Notes: generated by a model from the letters alone, not told the origin. Positions 13,131-26,532 are shown, counted from the whole stretch's first letter. The stretch is 62,471 nucleotides of DNA, filler included, from Polymyxa betae A26-41 (GCA_003693705.1; 6 parts of 6 records of this genome joined end to end with filler, not necessarily neighbours in it); one strand, 5' to 3'. Numbers and translations are program-made.

Positions 13131-13420
13131 AGTTTAACGAAGTGAGCGTTTATTCGCTGCTGCTGCAGTGTTTATTCGCTGCAGCAGCAGATGAAGATAT
13201 TTTGAGGCTGGAAGCCAACATTAGCCGCATCTGAAACGTTGACCGACTGTTTCCGCTGCAGGGGAGCTGCATATGAAACGTTGACCGCGACAGATTCCGT
13301 TCCAGGGGAACTGTTTCTGAGAGGACTACTATCGTGTTGACAATAGATATCTGTTTGCCAAGTTTCTTGGATTGATAATGTGGCTCCTACTGCTTCTGTT
13401 AAAGGCTCGCAAACGCGCTC

Positions 13421-14600
13421 TTGTCAGGGGTGCGGCAAGAAAACGTAACAAGATCCCTAGGGCGTCGCTGTTATGGCCGGCCGATTCCCCATGACGCATG
13501 TTATGGGGTAGCGGGCACGATGCCGCGCTTCTGGTGGCTACAGGGTTTGACCACCTCGGTTTTCGTCAGATACTTGAACAATTTACGCCCCAGTACATTC
13601 GATACACGCCGCATTCGGACGACGGTTTTATTCGTCTGAGATACAGCAATAGGGGTCGACGTCGCCTAATGCGTCCTGAAGATTGCCTCGCTCTGGTTTT
13701 TCTCCTGGTGTCGGACCAAGTAGGAAAGCCGGACCGCCTGAATCCACGAGATTGCTAACTGCATGTCAACAGATGTCCAATTTGGGTGTGACGATGATTT
13801 TTGGAGTAACATCATCGGTTTGCGAAACCTGGTTGAAATTCGGCATTCACGTTTTCGATTCAGTCATGGTAAACATGACTGAATCCCGAATTGTTCTTCC
13901 AGATGAGGCGACAATGCCACAATTCATTGACGAAATTCGGCAAAGGCACAATCTGTTAGACAACTTCTGGGCTGTCGTTGACGGTCTCAAGCTCTATCTT
14001 TCATAATGCGGCGACTGCTTGATCAAAAACGCCTACTACAACGGGTGGACATCGGACTGCTATATCGATTACACCTGACGGCTGCATTGCGTTCAGGATA
14101 TTGAATGCTCCAGGTAAGTCGCTGTAAAATACGTAATCTGCTCTGAATGACCATGCCGTAGGGAGTTGGCATGACGCCGAAATTGCCAAAGCAGGGGGCT
14201 TTACGACATGTTCAATGCTATTTTCGAGAAATTCGGTGCCAAGGTCATCGCCGATTCCGCATTCCCTCAAGGCGGGTACGCCAGCATTGCTCGAGTATCG
14301 AAGGCGAACGAACCTAGTCCTAGGAATGCAAGGGAGTTAGGCTACGAGCAACAGCTGACCAGCGCCAGGCAGCCGGCTGAGTGTGGGGCATGCGTGCCTT
14401 GCAAGGGGGATTCCCGCGTCTGAAAGCTCGTTTTCCGTAGGACGAACGAGGTCACCGATGCGCCGTAATGCGCATGATTTCGGCGCTTCATAACGCGCGC
14501 ATGCGCATGGTTGGCATCAATCAGATCGGCAACGTGTACATGCCCGAATTGGAGCGTGAGGCGGAAGGTCTATTCAACCTTCCGCAGTGGAGTGAGGCTG
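13421..14600 (+). pseudogene. Harbinger DDE transposase, disrupted
   Basis: ALLVATGFD, FWAVVDGLKL, NAYYNGW, NAPG(intron)SWHDA, VIADSAFP, TSARQPAE, GMRALQGGFPRLK. Confidence 0.85.
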
Positions 14601-15860
14601 TCAGTGATTAATAAACTGCCGATCCAGTTTTATATTTCCCGAATCAACACTTTATTGAGAATTTAGGAATTGTCTGTCAAAAATGAATTTCGGGGACCCT
14701 TATATAGTTAGAACTTCCTAAGCCTCAATTTGCCAGTCACAGAAATTTAGTCTAGGAATTCCTTAATTGAATTTCAGGAACCGTCCAGTTAATATGATTA
14801 TTTATTTTGTTCTCTACTATTCTAATATAATACAAACCACTGGAAGCCTTAAATTAGAAAGAACCAGCTTTTAAACCGAAATTTGAAAATCAAACAGAAG
14901 AAAACCGGAAAACGTGAGAAGTAAACTTATAGAGCTATAATAATACCTTAGAAACATTTCACTCATAAACTTTGTTTGAATGACAACAATGAATTTCTGC
15001 TCTTTGAACCCATAATCCGTGGAGTCGGCGACGCCTGCTGCTGTTTGAAAGGTGAGCAGGAGCCAGAAACCAGATGGTTTTCGTATGTAAAATTACGCTT
15101 ATAACACAGAATAGGATCATATTCTTCTTTTTGCAAGGCCATAATGTACACATCAGGGCAAATTGCGTCATCCCCCAGACCGTGCAACCGACTCTTCATG
15201 TTCTGGACGTCTTTCATGGTGACCCACTCATTGCGGGTCGAATCCTGAGTTTGATACCAAAATGGAAATCAGCACTTCACAAATGGATTACCGATAAACT
15301 AGACTCCCGGGAGTTTCTGCTTCCCAGAGAATGATTAATTGAACGGATGATAGTTTCTCGTCGACTTTGTTCAGTAAATCCATCGTTATCTTTCGCCGGA
15401 TGAAATCAGATAGACGAGATGTCGCATTTCCCCAAGATCTGTTGGATCATGGCCGGTATATAGAGAAATGTATCGAGCCGCTACAGACCCATCAGAAGAA
15501 ATAGTAGTGAAGATGCGAGAAGCACAAGCTTCGTCCATTTTGCAAGATGGTTTAGTCGGAGATCAAATAGAGATTTGCCTAATCCTGATTTTAACCCCCA
15601 CCCCATGCTTGCCTTGTATCTTGTATCTTGGAAGAGATAAGTGAGATTAGAATTCATAGTATCATAGACATATCATGCGATTATATCACTACCGATTGAG
15701 AGTATCGAATAGGATTAGAATAGCGAAATGAGGCGTTTACCTTGGACGACGATGACAATGACTGGTGATTGTGCTGTGTCATCACCTTGTTCAGTGTGAG
15801 TCAATCTAAACCCTAACGAACCCTAAATGTTCTCGTGCCATCATTTCATTCATCAAATCA

Positions 15861-16198
15861 ATGCCAACTTCTCGCTGTGGAGCGCCAAAAAGAGTGATGG
15901 AACCCCTTGCCGTAAAATGGTTAAGGTCAGAGGTTCTCGCTGTAATTATCACGGAGGCGGGAAATCTAATCGTCGCCCAGTTCAGAGACAAATTTCACAA
16001 TCATCACACGAACATTCCGAAAATGTCATTGTTCCGGTTCAGAACTTCCAACGAGATGACATTAATCGTGTTGTTCGTAAAGCACCAGCGGACCGCTCTA
16101 ACAATGTTCCTAAGGTGCTGACCCCCTGTATTCCCGTTGTTTCTGTTCAGTCATCCGAACCCCTTACACCGAAAGAAGAAAGGAACTTGTCGAAATGA
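15861..16198 (+). pseudogene. small protein with an N-terminal C-x9-C-x9-C-x2-HGG zinc finger (1-nt frameshift)
   Basis: Joining the 15861 and 15827 ORF frames across the A-run at ~15887 gives MPTSRCGAPKKSDGTPCRKMVKVRGSRCNYHGG. Confidence 0.5.
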
Positions 16199-16322
16199 AG
16201 AAGGATTTGGTGGAAATTAAATCGTGTTTATTTAAGATTTTGACAAAGATGTGAATGCATTTCTATCAAGGGTATTAGGGGGTTGAGTAGAAACAAAACG
16301 AATTGTATTGATCAAATGATGA

Positions 16323-16544
16323 TTAGGGCAGTGGTGATTGTGTCGGTTCTTGACTTGTTTGTTCTTGACTGGAAAGACCGCCAAACGTTTCCATAAAGTA
16401 TTTGAAAGTGCCGTGAAGATTGTCAATTTTTTGGAGTTTATCGTCTTCATAGAGAACGCGTATAATGTCCGTTGCTATTTCCTCCAAATCGCCGTATCTT
16501 TCCTCATCTCGGAGAAACTGAATTGAAGCATAGATTTCGTCCAT
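16323..16544 (-). CDS. small acidic hypothetical protein (73 aa)
   Basis: ATG-initiated intronless ORF with protein-like composition; no recognised motif. Confidence 0.3.
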   Translation of the reverse strand: MDEIYASIQFLRDEERYGDLEEIATDIIRVLYEDDKLQKIDNLHGTFKYFMETFGGLSSQEQTSQEPTQSPLP

Positions 16545-16717
16545 CGTTGTAAACTTGTGATTATGACTAAACTACTATTGCAGTCCATAATCGACCGAAT
16601 TTTTACAATCAGTCATATCAGTGTGTTTTTTCGTGTTAGAAAGTATACAGTCAGTGTAGGGCTATGTCGGTCGTTCTGCATTAGGCGGTCAAAACGAATT
16701 CGTCGTTGTGTTGAATA

Positions 16718-17473
16718 TGAGCACCGAACGCATTGACAGCGAACGTCAAAAGTTTTTAAAACGATATAATGAAGTGAAGAAGGAACTACTTATGATTAAG
16801 GCTCAGATTGTGAAAAAGGAGTATCAGGATGACAAAACCCTACGAATTCAGTATTATGGGTTTTGTTGGAAATGCACCGGTGACCTCTGTAAGGGCTGCA
16901 ACTCATGGCAACTGGGACCAGCCAGATGTTCATCACAAGGAAGGGCGGGCGAACCTGAGTTGCGAGGGTGAACAAGAGAGACCGGGCTGACACTGTGGAG
17001 CGTGGCAAGAGCACTGGTAGGTGGAAAGTCCGCCGCGGAGTTTTGACATTATATGGAAGTCGCCTAGTATGCTTTATCCTATATAATTCTCATTTCATAA
17101 TAATACCGTTCATTCTGTTATTGGCTGTCTAACCTCAGGATCAATATTCGTAGTTCAAGTCAGAAGACAAGGTCTTCAGACTTTCAACAGGTTTCAGGAT
17201 AAACGTGCTATTGTTTTAAAATGCAAAGATGGAGCAGACAAGATTAAAATTTTTATCAAGGAACTGGATATTGAGTATAACTATATCGTCAATAATAACT
17301 TCATAGACGACGATGAGAAAACAGCATCACGTGTTCGCTCTGAAGTCAAAAAGAACTTGAATAACAAGAAGAAGAGAAGCAAATCGGAAGCGAAAAAACG
17401 GATACAGAAGGAAATCCTCGCTCGTGGTGCTAATGCTGATGTTGAGGAGATTATGCGCCTCGCAACTAAATAA
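16718..17473 (+). pseudogene. basic/coiled-coil hypothetical protein interrupted by a solo LTR
   Basis: Removing the LTR and one TSD joins ...QYYGF to QDKRAIVLN. After one further frameshift it reads to KIKIFIKELDIEY...EEIMRLATK-stop. Confidence 0.4.
16864..17189 (+). repeat. solo LTR with perfect 5-bp TSD (GGTTT)
   Basis: TGTTGGAAA...TTTCAACA, with GGTTT at 16859-16863 and 17190-17194. Confidence 0.9.
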
Positions 17474-17512
17474 ATATCTCTGACAATGACAATTGAATAC
17501 CACCCATACCAT

Positions 17513-17627
17513 AATCCAAAAATGACAAAAGATTTTTCAAAAATGACAAACCCTAATCCAAAAATGACAAACCCTAATCCAAAAATGACACATTAAAAGG
17601 TCTTTTAATACTTTTAATGTGTCATTT
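17513..17627. repeat. 21-bp-period tandem array ending in a 17-bp perfect hairpin
   Basis: CAAAAATGACA at 17517, 17538, 17559, 17580. Stem 17583-17599 pairs with 17611-17627 around an 11-nt loop. Confidence 0.9.
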
Positions 17628-17697
17628 GCGCTATTACTATGGAGGTCTTGGGTTCAATTCTGTGTGAGATTATTGTTTTTTTGTCATTTTTTCCAAT

Positions 17698-18105
17698 TCA
17701 AACCCTAAACCTATCATTTATATCATTCAACAAATTTTTCAAAATATCTACTGACTGCTTATGTCTTTCGCTATTATCCTCTATATTTTTCTGACAACGA
17801 ATAATTATATCATATAAACGTTCAATGCTAAATTCGTTTCCTTCGGCAATTTTCATATTTTCAACAACAATCATATCTATACCCGTGTCTTCAAAAACGC
17901 ATAATGCTAATTCCATTATAAAACTAGGATATTCCCATTCATTATATAATATACTATTCCATCTATAAATATAACTACCATTTTTATCATCAAATTTGTA
18001 AAATCCAATATTAAAAACTCCTATATCATCAATAATAAAATCAACACTGCCGACACCTTTACCAACATCTTCATCATCACATTTTAATCTTATTTTTCCA
18101 ATCAT
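17698..18105 (-). CDS. AT-rich intronless hypothetical protein (135 aa)
   Basis: Open ATG ORF in visibly AT-rich DNA, I/D/N/K-rich, unlike the host genes. Confidence 0.45.
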   Translation of the reverse strand: MIGKIRLKCDDEDVGKGVGSVDFIIDDIGVFNIGFYKFDDKNGSYIYRWNSILYNEWEYPSFIMELALCVFEDTGIDMIVVENMKIAEGNEFSIERLYDIIIRCQKNIEDNSERHKQSVDILKNLLNDINDRFRV

Positions 18106-18342
18106 TACAATTACCCTCTATTTATATTCTCAGTTTTTCCCCCATTTATATTTCAATATTTACCCCCGATTATTATTCTGTTTTCATTTCAAGTTGTCGG
18201 CGGGGTTTTATTCTTATTATATTTCCATGAAAAGGTGGAGGCAAAATGAAAAAGGTGGAGCCACTACATTAAAACATCCACACACTTTTTTATATATTTT
18301 ATTTTTTTTAGATTTCAAATTTATTAAAAATATAGTGTTTTT

Positions 18343-18442
18343 NNNNNNNNNNNNNNNNNNNNNNNNNNNNNNNNNNNNNNNNNNNNTTAATTAATTAANN
18401 NNNNNNNNNNNNNNNNNNNNNNNNNNNNNNNNNNNNNNNNNN
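18343..18442. other. artificial contig linker (also at 31055-31154, 37456-37555, 47827-47926, 59476-59575)
   Basis: N44-TTAATTAATTAA-N44, with stops in all six frames, identical at five sites. Confidence 0.97.
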
Positions 18443-18659
18443 GAGATGAGAAACGTATGAATTTTGGAGTTGATCGGAATGGTTGCGTGGAGGCCGCTCC
18501 TCGCCATTCATAGTAGGGAGACGAGGGGACCCGCGCAGTCCGTGACAGTTAGGGCTCTTCCCCTATAGGAATCGTCAGCAGTGGCGCAGCCCTCTGCGCA
18601 GCCCCTCAGGAAGGGCCAGTACGACTGCCTGGTGGTCGGCTGGGCGGCTGCGAGTACTG

Positions 18660-20340
18660 TCATGCTCAATGGGCATGACAGAAGTCCGGACTTGACCAAC
18701 ATCGCTCTTGCCATTGTCACCAATTTTCCGCCGATCACCTCCGACAGTCCGTTCTGGAACGGCATTTTCGTGTCCGAGAACTCCTGCCGCACACCCATTT
18801 CGTAGAGTTCCTTTCGTAGATTCTCGCTGGTGAATTTGCCTCATTGGTCAGCGCGAAACACCTCCACCCGATTGTTGCCGGAGCTCATTCTCTCCAGACG
18901 TTCCAGAATTGCAGTGGTGTGCAGCTCCTGTTCTCCTTTCCTGCTAAGATTCACCGTCACTGCAAATCCGCTTGCATGATCTGCGTAAACAGCAAAACAG
19001 TTCTTGCCATTATAGGATACTTTCGGCATCGACTGAAGGTCAGATCCGATCACCTGTAGTGGTCGCAGTTCACGAGTCCGCTGCTTCGGAATTTTGGCAA
19101 CGAGCAGGTTCGCTTCGACGCAGATCCTGCACTTGCATTTCGCCTCCCGCTCCTCGTCGATGACGATCCGCAAACCATCCACGGACTTTTTCGACTCCAT
19201 CGCCGCCAGCGTCTGCTCACAGAGATGACCCAGCCTGGAATGCGCCAGAACCATCGAAACTGTGCCTGGGGGTTGTCCTTGGTTTTGATCTGAGCTGAGG
19301 AGGGCCAAGGCCCCTCCTCTCAGCAAAAATCCTGCTCCCGAGAAAGGTCCGCATAAAGCAGACCCTGCCTCAGGGATGCAGTCAGCAGAACCGTACCGTC
19401 GGCGCCGATAATCTTCGACGATCGCGTAGTCTCCCTGTGCTCAGCTCCGGCACCCAGTTTCGTAAGCGCCGCCCTCACGGCAAACAAATTGACGACCGCG
19501 TCCGGAGCGTAGTTCACGTTTTTCATTGTGACAAGCTGCCCGTTAGCGGATTTCAATACAACATCACCCTTACCGTGAATCTCTATGCGATCACCGCCAA
19601 CGCCTCCGATAGACGGCCTCTTATCCTTGTCGAACATCTGGAGTCCGCCCTTGAAATGATCAGTATGGGTTGAGACGTGACCACAGGTCGCGGCTCCGTC
19701 CAACACCCAGTCGCGCAATCCCTTCCGCGGAGTTCCGTTGTCGCTGGACAGCGCCATTGACAGCATAGCCACATTTGCGCGGCCTCTGTCATTCTGCGCG
19801 TCCTTCTTCTTACTTCGACAATCGGCAGCTCGGTGGCCGACCTTTCCGCAGTCAAAGCAACGCCCTTTGAACGCTCCCCTACGGCGTCCGCGGCCCGCTG
19901 TCATCGCCAGTCCGGCGTCTGAGTCCGTGACATCACTAGTCACCGCCATCCGTCGTAAGAGTGAGATGACGTCATCGCGAACAGTGCTTGAGGTCAACTC
20001 CTTCGATGGTCCCGACAGTCGTCGATACCGGACCTGCTCCATGTCGTTTGGCAGGGACATGCACATGAGGACGCCCATCACGACGTCAGGCAGGGCGCGG
20101 TTCTCGTCAATGTCTTTCAGGCGCAGGGTCAGGTCGACCATGGCCTCAAAATGCTTCTTTGCCTCTGCAACCGACGCGTTACTGCGCAGGCGCATGCCGA
20201 ACAATTCAATAAGAAGCGTCGTTATGTCCTGACTCGTTTTCCCCGCGTACTCTGCTGATAAGGCCGCCCAAACCCCGGCTGGATCGTTAGCGAATGCCTT
20301 GATTAAAGTCAGCTGACTCAAATCGATGTTCCGCGTTATC
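18660..20340 (-). mobile_element. Ty1/copia fragment: gag-protease ORF, then integrase in the -1 frame
   Basis: Gag knuckle CFDCGKVGHRAADC, protease WVLDGAAT, GAG-pre-integrase HSRLGH..CRIC, integrase GSDL, FRADQ, PFQNGLSE...MARAML. Confidence 0.93.
19277..19332 (-). promoter_or_regulatory. -1 programmed ribosomal frameshift signal (slippery heptamer + H-type pseudoknot)
   Basis: G GAT TTT in the gag frame, 6-nt spacer containing the TGA stop. S1 GAGGAGGG/CCCTCCTC, S2 CCTTGG/CCAAGG. The downstream ORF is exactly -1. Confidence 0.75.
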
Positions 20341-20507
20341 GCCAGACTCCTTCTAGCAAGTTGCTGTATTTACAACAGGACAAAAAGAAAAAAACTCAAA
20401 AAATTGCTTTGTTAAATAGAGTATTGTATGCAAATCAGGGATCAACATTATGATATTAAAATTTTCTTCTAATGGATTCAGGTTCGTGTATGATCTCGTC
20501 GTAATCT

Positions 20508-20756
20508 GTTGAGTAACGGATCTCTGCTATCTATGATGGCAGAAGACGACAGGGACGCGGTTGAGCCTGCTCGAGGTTAACGCAGTACGGCCCGGCTGCA
20601 ACAATTCCGGGTGCTTGGGAGACCTGTCGAACCTGATACTAAAGAGCTGTTTGAATCTTTATTATCTTTCGCTGTTCTGTTACCGTATTCGCTTCGTCGT
20701 CGAGGATTCTATCAGTCAATCGATCAGTATGACCGTATGCGTGTATACGCTTGACA
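20508..20756 (-). repeat. probable 5' LTR of the copia fragment
   Basis: TGTCAAG...CTCAACA termini, AATAAA on the minus strand, located upstream of gag. PBS not clearly recognisable. Confidence 0.45.
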
Positions 20757-22156
20757 TATACATAGGGATTTCATTTCTCAGCGTTTTTGTTTTGTTTCAA
20801 ATGATTGTTCGCACTCCGTTCGAAACAACCACGCATCATACACAACTACCTACGAAACCGGCATAATCAGAAAATTCTTCAACTTTTTGACTGATTGCTT
20901 GGTCTGGATGAGCCTAGTTTTTGTTAGATGGCCTTGGTTTACAAGTTGCTACTATACCTGCGAGATATGAGCCTGAGCTCTTGCAACGTTTAAATAAAAC
21001 GTTTTCGCAAAAAGGGCACGAAATATTGCCATTCTCAAATTCGCAACCGTGACCATAAGAGCTGAAGGTGGACGACGATGGAACCGTTTGTCGACCCGCG
21101 CTGTCTTTGGTAGTTTCGAATTTTTTTGTAGAAGTGAGCACTGAAACTTTGCTTATTTTAAGATTTCGCCGGTTTGGTGATAAAAGATATTCTCAATCAG
21201 ATGCGACATTTTGTCTCGGGGTAAATTGGACCTGTCCTCCAAAACCTTAACACAGGTATCACAGGGCAAAGTTCAACATCGTAGATCAGTAAACTTGAAT
21301 TGTTCTTTATTCAACTATAAAAATATCTGGGATTACGAATACATTGCAGTCACAGGAGTAACCTCCTCCAGGGGCACAGCCTTGACAAACTAGATCTACA
21401 AAACTAATATCCGTATTCAAGGCCGGCGTCTCCGACCCTGATCGTGATCGTGTGCTGTACCATGTGACTGTGTACCTGGTCGCGTGGCCCCGTTGTCCTT
21501 TGTCTATCTTCATTACGTTTCTGCAATAAACTGGTGTTCCTTACCGCTGATCTTTTCGCTTGAGCGTTAATCATCTCATATTGCTTTTCTGGCTTTGTTC
21601 TGTAGACGTACTGCCAACTTTAATTGCGGTGTCCAGAATTTAATGGGCTTATGTTTTATTGTTTATCGTAGGAAATACACTGTTTCAGAATTTCGTTCAT
21701 TTGATTTAGTGTTACTTCAGCAAATTGTAATTCGTTCAATGATTTTTAAATCCTTTTTTCTTCAAACAACCCCAAAAATATGCTCTTTCCGGAAGTGGAT
21801 AAAGGAAATGACAACGCCGTGTCGATCGCAAAGAAATTATAGTTCGGAAAGCCTTCTTGTGTTGTGATGGAATCCATCGGCGTCTCGACAGCGGGATTCT
21901 CATCGACCGACGCGTTAGCAATCAGCTCGTCAACAGTATCAGGGGACTCTTACGCAAGCAAATTGTCCAGGTACGACTGGACATTTTGTTTCGGGGCGTC
22001 CTTTAGCCGTCCATGATTTAATCTCTTCTGTAGGAATCGTTGCGTGTGCTGTCCGACCGTCCCCGGAGAGCAAGTGCCTCCGGAGTTTTTGTAAACCAGC
22101 AAATTCTCGTCCGTCATATCCACAGACATAGACGGTCGTGTGTTTTTTAGGCATCG

Positions 22157-22900
22157 TTAGAGCGAAATAGGAGGTGTTAGAGTAGAGTGATCCATAGGCA
22201 TGGAGACAGTGATGGGCTTCAAGGGGTGATCACCCTGACGCACAATTGTATATCGCTGACAAGGATTAGGAGTGCAGAGCTTGAGATGCTGTTCGACGTC
22301 TCGAAGCATTGGATGGCCAAGGTTCGCCGACTCGCCCTTCTGGATGAGTCGCGCTACCGTTGCGATGACGCCGAAATGACCTTGTAAATGGGCCTGCTCG
22401 ATAACGCTAGCACGCTTGCGATTCTGGGACTGTAGGGACGAAGACGATCGCAGTCTCCTGCTGATGCAGCGTCTCAGCTGCATAAACTAAGGCTGTACGT
22501 GTCAATGCCGGTAACAGTCTGGATAAGGCATCAGATAGAATGTTCAAGATCCCTGGCCTGTGGATGATTTCAAAGTCGTGAGACAGGACGGCATTGATCC
22601 AGTTCGCAAGCGGGGGAGACACGTCTTTCTCGACAACCCAGCGTTGAACGTATTCTTCACAAGTCCTTATGGACGCCAATTCTAGGAGCGGCAGTATTAA
22701 AGACGTCTCCAGCTTGTTCAAGGGCGCTGTACAATGCAAAGCCATCATAGAAAGCTGGTTGCCCGTCCCTCATTGCCTTCGACGCGAAACCAGACTTCCT
22801 TGAGCAGTAATCGTTCCAAATTAATCAGTCTCGAGCGAAGGTGCTCTTCGTCCGGTGCAGCTACAATCCTGTGCAGAAAGACGTTCCCCTAGCCATCGCC
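22157..22900 (-). mobile_element. Ty3/gypsy pol relic (RNase H end + integrase HHCC finger)
   Basis: FEIIHRPGILNILSDALSR; AHLQGHFG...C....CQR; LKPI. Confidence 0.75.
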
Positions 22901-23387
22901 TGAATTAGAGTTGCCAGAGTATCTGCATCAGTTCTGGATTGGAATTCTTGGGGGATGAGGTGATTCTTTTTCTCAATGGATTGAATTCCTGACTTTCAAC
23001 AGATTCCAAGTCCCGACGAAACTCCGTGAGCCAGCCAGGGCGCAGCCAGCTGCTACCTACGCCTGGCGGATAGAAAATTATTATAACCAATCTTCCTTTC
23101 AAAGGGGCAAAACATTGCAGATTCAATTACACGCAACAAAATCAATTCTCCCAAGAATCACGTTGTACAACCTAAAAAATGCTAAAAACTGGTATATAAT
23201 CAGCAGCATGATGACTGATGAGAGGTAGCTGGTACTTATCAAATAAAAAATAAGAACTCTTTATTTAACAAAATTATAAAAAATTTCTTAATTTTGGTTT
23301 TACATACTAAACTAAATTTCCTTCCAATATGCAGATTACCAGGTACGTGAGCGCCAACCAAACTTTTGGTGTCGCAAATGCCGAGTC

Positions 23388-23830
23388 TTAGGGGGCGCAT
23401 TCGTGCAGCTCTATAAGAAAACAAACCGGTCAGTCGCCATGCTGGCCCTCCCCCGGCAGCTGATGGACGTACCGCGTTCCGATTCGCGCATCAAACGTCG
23501 AATTTGTTTGTTGGGGCAGCCAGCGCAGATGCAGGATTCGCCACACGGGCAGGGACGTTCGGAATCGCCGGCCTTGGCCACGTGACGCTCGACGGAGCGG
23601 GCGGGCGGTACGACCGCGGAGCGATGATGGTCCGGATCGCAACGGAAATCCAGCACGTCTGGGCCCAGATCCAGGACGGACTCGGCCGGCGTCACTTTAC
23701 AGACGCACGCGTCACCGACTGTTGGCGATTTAGCGGGACCCCGCTAGGGCAGGAGGAGGCCGTACTGGCCCCCCATCCCGAAGCAGCACCTACCGCAGCA
23801 GCCACAGACGAGTTCCTCGGAATCGGTCAT
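23388..23830 (-). CDS. small Cys-rich, metallothionein-like protein (3 exons)
   Basis: Phase-consistent GT-AG splicing gives MTDSEELVCGCC/VGDACVCK...RPCPCGESCICAGCPNKQ...ER/ELHECAP-stop. Confidence 0.6.
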
Positions 23831-24241
23831 GGAGGAGGCAGCGAGACAGTTTGGAGGCGCCTCTGAGGATGTTCATGGATTTTAGACGAGCAGGGTTTTA
23901 GGATTTTTGTCAGGGTTGCGCCCCAGTTGGGCTCCCATCACCTATTTAATCAATCCACAGACTTGTGATTTGATATCTTAACTGGAAATATTCACTTAAC
24001 AACATCTCTCCCAGAGGTCTCCATCGCTTAACCATAAACAAACGCTTGCTTCACACCGGGTAGCCTTCTGGGTTCATTTCTGTTGATTTCAAGAGAAAAT
24101 CATTTGTGAGCACAACTCAGACAGCCTTCTCTGTAGACTCTGTCATCTAATGATCTTCTTTGGCGTCGAAAACCACAATAAGTTTCGTAAACTGACCCAG
24201 CAGATCCGCTTAGAACGAAGATCTCAGCAGCGTGTTTATTA

Positions 24242-26469
<2,228 letters not shown>

Positions 26470-26532
26470 CGAATGAACGACGAAGAAGTACGCGAGGGCC
26501 GATCGAGATTTTTTCGAAGAATCTTGTTTATT

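Larger units (their letters stand above)
11990..14786. mobile_element. full-length PIF/Harbinger element (2797 bp) with ~43-bp TIRs and AGT TSD
   Basis: TIR GGACG(A/G)TTCCTGAAATTCAATTAA(A/G)GAATTCCTAGACTAAATT at 11990-12032 and 14744-14786, flanked by AGT on both sides. Subterminal direct repeats at 12110-12340. Confidence 0.9.
10089..15560 (-). mobile_element. Mutator-like (MULE) transposase with SWIM finger, disrupted, split by a Harbinger insertion
   Basis: IDSTHNTNQYG (~11930-11960), LLQDDD...LCVWHV (~11630-11722), DTTAHAEAFHNLLK (~11300-11342), SWIM CECADYSKRNDCKH (~10810-10855). Upstream exon (PILCYK...FIVVIQT) ends at 14947. Distal ORF 10089-10754 carries a CxxC..GH..CP knuckle. Confidence 0.85.

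Noticed and set aside
17513-17627. CRISPR array or Helitron 3' end
   Set aside because: Spacers are ~10 nt and partly identical. The hairpin is AT-rich and is not followed by a clear CTRR terminus.
18343-18442. Recurrent TTAATTAATTAA palindrome (five sites)
   Set aside because: Always centred in a 100-nt N block; a synthetic six-frame-stop contig linker, not a piggyBac target or biological repeat.
21939-22154. C2H2-like finger (YVCGYDGREF...LRRH)
   Set aside because: The second Cys is missing and there is no supporting gene model; too weak to call.
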